Program-made: the position numbers and the translations under genes
Origin: Yuukianura sp. NJ FZ-2021
Taxonomy: Eukaryota
Length of the DNA: 64,000 nucleotides
Direction of reading: 5' to 3'
NCBI GenBank assembly: GCA_046563655.1
Contig: CM102289.1
Coordinates: 9,920,001-9,984,000, forward strand
The notes under the pieces: generated by a model
What the model saw: only the letters and a program-made list of their open reading frames with translations
Database searches by the model: none
Told to the model about the DNA's origin: nothing
Part shown: positions 12,001 through 21,000 of the stretch, piece by piece
Layout of the letters: the number at the start of each line of letters is the position of its first letter
How positions within the stretch are numbered: position 1 is the stretch's first letter

Positions 12001-15000
12001 TTTCTGTTGGTTTATCGTAAGCTTGTGCTTCACAGAGCAAAGCCAAATCTTGTCCAGTGTCTCCCTTTATGCGTTGCCATCCATCACCATTCAATTTGGG
12101 ACCTGAGTGCCCCGTAGGTTCTGAACAAATCCCCAATTTCAACGTTTTAAATTTCGTTCAAATGAATTGAATGTTGGGGGGATAAGTTTTGCAACTTTCT
12201 TAATTTGTAAACCAAGCTCAATTTTGATGCCGTGCGTTTTAAAAAAATAACTTGTCCGACCTTTGAGTGGGAACGGGATATGCAAAGAATTCGCACATGA
12301 GGTTAACGTCCACTCCCACTTTCTCTACTTTCACCACAGTTGTGTCTTTGAGCGAAGCGTCACGCGGACTAGGACCAAGAGACACTTGCGGCTCTGGTCA
12401 ACAATTCAACAAAATTGAAATCACGCTTTTTAAATGTGAGCTTTCTTTAAAAACTGAATGTTGGGAAGCGTCAGCAATTGAATTTAAAAACCAAGTTATT
12501 ATAACGCACTTAAAAGCAGGAGGAGGACTGCCCTGTGCTTCACAACTCAACATGGTTTGTTCCATGGCGTTTCCTTGAACGTGATGTTTCGTAAGCTGCG
12601 GAATTTTTGGACTAACTCCCGCCAATGGTTCTAAAGTTAAATTGGAGTTTTGTTTTCAAAATTTGAAACTTAGAATTAACATTTATAGTTAGGAACGGAT
12701 AGTGAATTGCAAAATATGAAAAATGGGAACTTTTCTTTACATTGGATAAACATCCAAGCACTTACGATGTGCTTGGAGGTGGAACTCCACTAGATCTGCA
12801 CAATAACGCAACGGAATCTCCCTGTTGCTTTTTGAACGTCATGCTCTCATGTGCAGCTCCAAGAACAGGCTTAGTCCAACCATGCTTCGGATCTTCACAT
12901 TTAATTAATTCCGCAATTAGTTTTTTTTTTAAAAAGTTTTTGCAGCCCTTTTTTTCAAATTTAAAACTCAATTTTCAAATACAAAAAGTGAGGAGGCGGG
13001 AACTGAACTGTCAATTTGCAAAGTTTTTTTGACCGTACACTGTGCTTGGAGGTGGAACTCCACTTGATCTGCACAGAAAAGTGACAGATTCGCCCTGTTG
13101 CTTGGTAAATGCAGTGCTGTCATAGGATGACCCTAACACTGGCTTAGTCCAACCATGTTGTGGATCTACCAATTGTTACCCAAAAATCAAAAATTCTAAA
13201 ATTTTGGAAAACAAAATGCGGGAAGACGGGAATTGAACTTTGCCATATTTTCTAACCGGAATTTTGGTGGAGGTGTACTTTGTGCATCGCAGAGGAGAGA
13301 CACAGTTCCCTTGTCTGCCACTCCCACTCTCGCACCCAAGTAATTCGCATCTCTAATTTTGGGTGCTAAGGATTGGGATTCTAACACAACACGTTCAAAA
13401 TTTAAAATCTGCCTTCCATTGACTAAATTCTAAGCCGGAATGTTGGGAGTGACCAAGGAGTGTTGCAATGAACCATAAAATTAAAATTCTAACCGAAACG
13501 CTGGAGGTGGTGTACTTTGTGCATCACACAACAGAGCAACGATCCCTTTGCTATCCGAAGTTAACCGAATGATATTCTCATCTCTGATTTTAGGAGGAAG
13601 AGTAGGTGACTCTAAAGTTCAAAATTCCAAAAATACAACTAACACAAATTTCCGTTTCTGAAAACTTTCAGACTGAAACCTGAATGTTGGGATCTTAAAA
13701 TGGCAGGAATTGTTAAAAACTGAGATTTTTAATTTTTGTACCGAAAATTTGGTGGCGGCGTAGACTGAGCATCACAAAGTAGTGAAACCGACTCTTTGAT
13801 GTGAAACGTCTTTTTAGTACTCACGACATCTCCATCCCTAATTTTTGGCGCCAAGGACTGAGCCTCTGGTATTTAAAAAAAAACCTTTAAATTTTTAAAT
13901 TTTAAAGAAAAATCCTTCGAAAAAAGAAATGATGGGAAACGGAAGGTGACATTTTGACAAATAATTTTCTGGAAAATAAAAAATTGCCCACCGAAATTTG
14001 GGAGGAGGAGTTGATTGTGCGTCGCATAGCAACGCTACAGTTTCGCCATGAGGCAACATCCGTTTTGAACCAATTATACTTTCTCCGTCACGGATTTTCG
14101 GTGCCAAAGATTGGGCTTCTAAATTCCACAAATCCCAAAACAATTTTACTTAATCCGGCCTTATTAGCAAAAAAAAAATGAAACTAAGAACGCAGAATAT
14201 TGGGGAGGCGGGAAGTTTTTCAAAAAGTAAAAAACGAACCGGAAGTTTGGCGGTGGTGTTGATTGGGCATCACACAAAAGTGCAACTGTTTCTCCATTTG
14301 GACAAAACTTCCTAGTCCCTATGCTCTCTCCGTCTCGAATTTTTGGGGATAGCGACTGAGCCTCTATATACAATTTCAAAAACTTCAAAAACTTCTTTCA
14401 AAAAATTCAAAATCACTGAACTGCTAGGAGCGGGAAGCTGATTGTTTTTAAAAGTTTGTAAAATGGCAAACCGGAAGTTGGGTGGTGGAGTTGCCTGAGC
14501 GTCACACAAAAGAGCCAATGTTTCCCCAATTGGCAGCGATTTCCTCAGCATCTCTATGTTTTCACCATCACGGATTTTGGGCCCCAGCGATTGAGCCTCT
14601 GTCAAATTCAGCGATTTAAAACTTTCAGCGTCAAACGAACCAAATAATGTTAGGGACGGGAATGAAAAGCCAAAAAACCGAGTTCCGAAAAATTGAAATC
14701 CGTAAAAGACAATTTAAAAAAGAAGGAAATTCCTATTTTTGAAAACATTGCCAGACCTGAAAGATGGAGTGGGATGGCCTTGTACTGAACACAAAGCAGA
14801 CAGACTTTCACCCACTTTCCCCTCACGCGTCTCTACAATTTTGGCAGAAAACTTTGGACCAACATGCCCACGCGGTTCTACACAAACGATAAAGACAGCC
14901 CAGCGTATGAAACACCCATTTTCAAAATTTTCAAAATGTTTAGGAGGCGGGAAGCTGATTGCAATAAAAGGAAACTACTACCTGACTCTTGGTAATTCAA

Positions 15001-18000
15001 ATCCCTGTGCTGGACAAAGTACTGCGAGGTCACTTCCTTGCAAATACTTGTAGGACTGTGACCCTGAGCTTGAAGAAAACTTTGGAGCAATTCGTCCAAC
15101 AGGTTCTTCAACAAAAAACAAAAACCTCAACTTTAAGTTCCAAAAACTACAACTTTCCATTGAAATACGAATATTGGGAGACTGGACAGACTGGTGAAAG
15201 TATTTTTAAAAAGCGAATCTTAACATTTTTTGGAAATCGTGAATCTGACCTTGTGTTTGGAACTTCGTGACCTTGTGAATTGCACAAGAGAGAAAGTCCA
15301 TTTCCCTGCGCATGCGTGAATGACCCCTGAATTCCGCCTGAACTAGTCGCAAACCGTGGACCAATACCCCCAATTGGCTCTGTTCCAAGCACCAAATTTA
15401 CAAATTTAAAAATTCCTCATCAAAAATTTAAAAAAAATGTCGGGAGAGGGGCAGCAAAATGCAAGAAATTAAGACATTTTAAAAACATGAACCGCTCATA
15501 CTTGTAAGTTCCAACAGGAAATGCTTGTGCTTCACACAAAAGTGCTCCTGAATCTCCGCTTCCATAAGCAACTGTTGGACGCAGAAGGAGCGGAATCTTT
15601 GGTCCTACGCTTGCCACCGGTTCTAAACAACCAATCAACTCAAATTCAAAAATCAAAACAATCTCAACTGAAACTTAACATCTGCGTGTTGGGAAAGTGG
15701 AGTGACAGCAAATTGGAAAAAGTTGAGCCCAAGTGACCTGAGGTCACTGACCTCCTGTCCTTACGTTGTGACTGGTGGTGGAAATGAGGAAGATGCTGGA
15801 CAAAGAAGTGCAAATGAAGATGCCTTTTCCTTAATGAACGCCTGAACATGCGACTGCGTAGAACTCTGCGGTCTCGAATGTCCTGCTGGCTCTAATTTAC
15901 CAATTCAATCACTCAATTTCAACCTTAAACCGCAAAAAATTGCAAAAAACCTAGCCGAAAATTCTTAAAAACCGAAATATTGGGTGGGAAAGTCATTTTG
16001 CAAATCATGAAAAAAAAAAACGGAAAAAGTGACAAAAATGTGTTTTTTGAGCCACTTTTGCTTACTTATACTTTGGAGGTTCAAATCCAGTTGCAGTGCA
16101 TGACATAGAGATTCCCGTGCCCGCCTCTCTTACGAATGTCAACGTTCTTTGCTCAGAGGGGAAACTCGGTTTCATGTGAACATTGTTCGGTTCTAGGCAA
16201 ATTCCAAAACACTCTCAAGTATTTCCTAACTGTCCGAGAGACGGCGTGACAACAATCTTCCTACGCGCATGCGCTAATTCGGAGTGCAAGCAAAACAAGA
16301 TGAAAGTTGGGGATGAGGTCAAAGGTCAAAGAGAATGACTGGGTCAACTCACGCTGTTTTTGGAACAGGAAATGCGGATGTTTGGCAAAACAAAGTATGG
16401 CCTGTTCCGGAAGAAGTTTCCACTGAACGACTCTTCTCGTTCCCAAGCGTAAATCTCGGAGGCACAACACCCACCGGATCTTACAAAGTTCACATATGAT
16501 TCAGCATCTTAATTTTTTAACTCTCAAGTTTACCAATGGTAAAATTTAAACATGATAAATTACCGTTAACTGTTTAACTTTTACAAATTTTCATGTTTCA
16601 TTTTTAAAAATTTAAGCCGGCAGTTTACTCTGTCAGCACTGTGGAAATTAACGGGAAGCGGTTTGGTTTTCCAGATTTAAAATCAAAACTAAGAGCGGGA
16701 AAGTGGAAATTAAAACTAAAAAGTAGGCTAATTTAAGTAAAAACTAACCTAGTGATTGGAACTGGAAATGCGGAAGCGGCAGGACAAACGAGTGGAACAG
16801 ATTCCGATTCAACACCTCCAACCAATTTTAACTTTTCAGAAATAGCAACAGAAGGAGCCACGCTGCTCACAGGTTCTGATAAAACCAAACCAATTATGAC
16901 GCTAACTTGGAAGTTTCTTAAACCACTTGCAAAATGTTCAATTTTACTTTAAGTTTTTTGCAAACAGTGGGTGATATGAACTTGATTAGAAAATTGCAAA
17001 TCACTTCCCGTCTCCCAACATTCAGGTTTGGATTGCAAATGGCTTTTCAACTCATCATCATTCCATTTACGTTAACACTCAAGTTACTTTATCACAATTT
17101 TCAACGTTTTCCATAAAAATTTGACAGAGTTGGCCAATTTGCAATCTCTGAGAAAATACAATCAAATTCCAACACAATCCGTTTTCCAAAATTTCAACAG
17201 TTCATCTTGAATTTTACATAACATCTCCAAAATTGTGTCGAAAATTATTAGAATGAGAAATCGTGTTGTTTTTTGACATATATTTTCTCAAAAAAATATT
17301 TTCTAAGAAAAAACATAGCTTCAGCTTACCTGTTACGACCAATTTTCCGGCAGTTGCAGACAATCGAGTTTCACCAGTAAGTCGATGCTTGGTTTGACAT
17401 CTAAAAAAAACACCAAAAAATTTCTTTTACAAACTTGTCTAAAATCTTTTAAAAATCCAAATTTATTGCCCACTAATTACCTGTATTCTTTCAACCCATC
17501 TTCCGGCCGTACATCTTTGATGTGCAATTCTCCCGACGGCAACACAACAAATTTACCATCTTAAAAACCACAAACACAACGTCAACATCCAAACTTCATT
17601 TTAAAATTAGAAATAGAATTGTAAGAACAATCGGACATGGCGGGTGCACGGGTTAATATTAGGTCAATTTACATTTTACTTTTTAACTTTATTTTTACAA
17701 AAATCCGGGTTTTATTGTTCAAAGGCGGAACTGACTCTTTTGCGAATGCGGAAATCTTTTTATTTAAAACTAACCATTGATTTTGGCTACATCTCTGGGA
17801 TAGACGTTTTCGTCACTGTCTTGCCATGAAAGGATTTCCAAAAATTCTGCAATGTAAGATCCCATCTTACACTTCATCACAGCAGCATTCGCACTTTACA
17901 GTCAAAACAAACAATTTCAACGTGTGATCTCTTTAGTTTCACTTTTTAAATTTCAACCTGGACTTAAGATCTCATACCTGATGACATATTCGTTCTCAGC

Positions 18001-21000
18001 ATGAGTGTCGTAGACTTGCGATACGACTGAAATCAAAACCAATTCAAAAATTACAACTCTAAAAAGTGCTAATTTTGTAAACCCTGCTCAATTTTTAGCT
18101 CCTAAATCTTAGTCCTAACAATAACCTTGACCTGCCATGTCCTATCTTTCTTTTTAGTTTTCCTAAACGCACCAAATTGTTCAGAATTTGAAGGTGTGAA
18201 AACGTCTCCAGTGGAAGTTCGCCATTCAGTGATGGTCATGTACTCGGTGGAAAAGGAAACAGAACACGTGAAAATTATGTTGTTCCCTCTACACAAATCA
18301 ACAAAACCTATCCATTTCAACATTTCACTTTTCAAAATTTCAACTTTTTTTAAAAATCCGAACCTAATGACTTGTTTGTTATGAACTTCAACAAGAACGT
18401 GTTGCGGAATCACTAGGAATTAAACAAATTAGAAACAAAAATTACAAATGGCAAAATTTTCTTCAAAAATTTAAATCTAAAACCTGAGAGTGAGCTTAAA
18501 ATTATTGCCGCGATTCCAAAATAGTCGTATGTGTGAATTGTGAAATCAAAGTTTGTCTATGATTTTACATTTCGTTAGACACGTTGTTCTATTTTGAATT
18601 TTTAAACTTTCTAAAAGTAAGGCCCGGCCCACCATGTCCTATTGCCACTTTTTCTAAAATTTAAAACAGACCGTATTCTTTTGAACTCTCAGGAGAGTAA
18701 ATTTCACCGGTCGTAGTTCGCCACTCCGTTACGTACAAATATTCAGTGGAAAATGAAACCGAGCACACAAAAATTATGTTATTCCCCCTAAAATCCAAAT
18801 TCAAAATTTTATAAAAGTAATTCCTATTTTAGCAAATCCTTAGAAACTGATACCTTATGACTTGCTTATCATGAACTTGCACCAGAAGATGTTGTGGAAT
18901 CACTAAAAATTTAATTTCAAACTTTAAAAAAAAAATGAAATTTTATTTTAAAGTATCGCTTTTGCTTCTACCCTGCACCCGCCAGACGATTGTCTTCTGA
19001 AAAATAATTTCTAACCGAGCTTTTGAGATTCTACTGCATAAGAATCTCCATCTGAATCCTTCCAGGAAACAATGCTAAAGTAATCACTGCCAAACGGAAT
19101 GTAGCATCTCAGGATTCCGTAGTTCAGAACATACACATGATCATTCTGAACTTCAACAACGTAATCTTGATTTACAACTAAAAAGTCAAAAAGTCAAAAC
19201 TCAAAATTTCACTTTTCAATTTCGAAATTTTAGCATTTCGTTCCCCTTGCAACCTGCGCATGTCCGCTTATCCCTTCAATTTTTGCCAAAATGTTACCAT
19301 ATTGCTCATTTCGAGAAATTGGAACATCCGCTTGAAACCATTTTTCAATTTCAATAAAGTCAGCCACATACGACGGACTACATTTCAAAACGCATTCAAA
19401 AATTTCAAAATTTTCCAAAAACCTACAAAAATTACAAAATTTGAAATCTGTACAACTTTGATTGAATTTTACCTGACACATTTAAAGACAGCAGCATTCC
19501 GTGCAATGACTTGTTGTCGGAAAATGTCAACTTCATAGCCTTGTGACACAACTGCAAATATTTGTAGCTTTTAACTTTTGTAGCTTTTGTAATTTTACAA
19601 TTTTATAACCCGGTCAAATGAAAACAAAACTCTACCTAAAAATTAACCCTTGCACTTTTTCCCACGTCCGAGATGTTCTTTTTCCAACTTTTTACCGTAA
19701 ATGTCATTTCTCGGAATAGGAACATCCCCTTGAAACCATTTGTCAATGTCAACGAAATCAGTCACATACGATGGACTAGCACAAAGTGATCATTTTTAAA
19801 TCTCAAAAAATATCTCACTTTTCCCTAGGATGTCAACTGGTGGCCGAATTTACCTCAAGCATTTGAAAATGGCAGCGTTCCGTGAAATGACCTGTTGCCG
19901 CACAATGTCAACCTCATACGACTGTGCCACCACTGCAAAAATTATGCCCAACTTTTCATTAAAATCTAAAATTTAATCCCAATTGTCGCTTTCTCCGCAG
20001 GATATTAACGAGAATTAGCAAATTGTCTAACTTAACCAATGCACCCGTACGAGAACAAAAATCTCGCAGCCATGTTCGCTTTTCCGTCAATTTAAAATTT
20101 AAAATTCATAAAGTTACCGTAATTTTCATTTTTCTGAATGGGAACATCCCCTTGAAACCATTTCTCTACCCCAACAAAGTCAACCACAAACGACGGACTG
20201 AAGTGGATTAATTAAATATAATAGTTAATTAAATTAAGTTTAAAAATTAATGTTCCCGCTTTCCTAAATTACTTGAATTACCTCTGGCACTTAAACACTG
20301 CTGCGTTGTTTGCAATTACTTGTTGTTTCATCACATCAACATCATACATCTGAGACACAACTGAAACCATTCCCAAAATTCACCATTTTCAAAAACAATT
20401 TCAGAACAAAATTTGAAAAGAGCAGAATTCACTTTCAAAATTGACCCGGGACGCAACAAAAATCTGTAAAATTTGAGCACTTCTTTTACGCCTACCTCAT
20501 CCATGTCCGATTTTTTTCTCTTTTTTTTAAAGTGAAGTAAAAGTGTACCGTAGTTTTGTTGTTGTTTTATGGGATTGTCTCCGTGAAACCAAGAATCAAC
20601 GTGAATGAAATCACTCACATACGAAGGACTAACAAACAACACCAATATTTACTCAACGAATCACCGATTACTCCACACCTCAAACATTAGTTTTTAAGTT
20701 CCCCAATTACCTGATACACTTGAAAATGGCAGCGTTATGTTTGATTATGTCTTCATCGTACACTTTGTTTGCATAACTCTGATACACCACTTCAAACAAA
20801 AACCAAACATGAAAATTTCAATTAAAGTTATAACCTATTCGACTAGGAAGTGAAAATCAATGCCATTTGAGCAATGGGTGTCACTTTTTTCCGTTTAAAT
20901 TGTGCTAAATACCGTACACCCGCAGCCTTTAAAGTCCGAGTGCCCTCAAAAAATCGTTTATAATTTTTTTTTTACCAAAGTTGTCATTTCTTGTGATTTT

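Noticed and set aside
11690..16875. Regularly spaced repeat-plus-variable units superficially resembling a CRISPR array or DNA cassette system
   Set aside because: The units are spliceosomal Ig exons with AG/GT sites in a eukaryotic gene; there are no cas or recombinase genes and no identical direct repeats.
18289..18363. Stop-free 75-nt internal intron of variant 4.10 read as coding (ORF 18102-18413)
   Set aside because: It has GT/AG ends at the same position as the introns in 4.9 and 4.11 and is AT-rich, so it is treated as an intron rather than a protein insertion.
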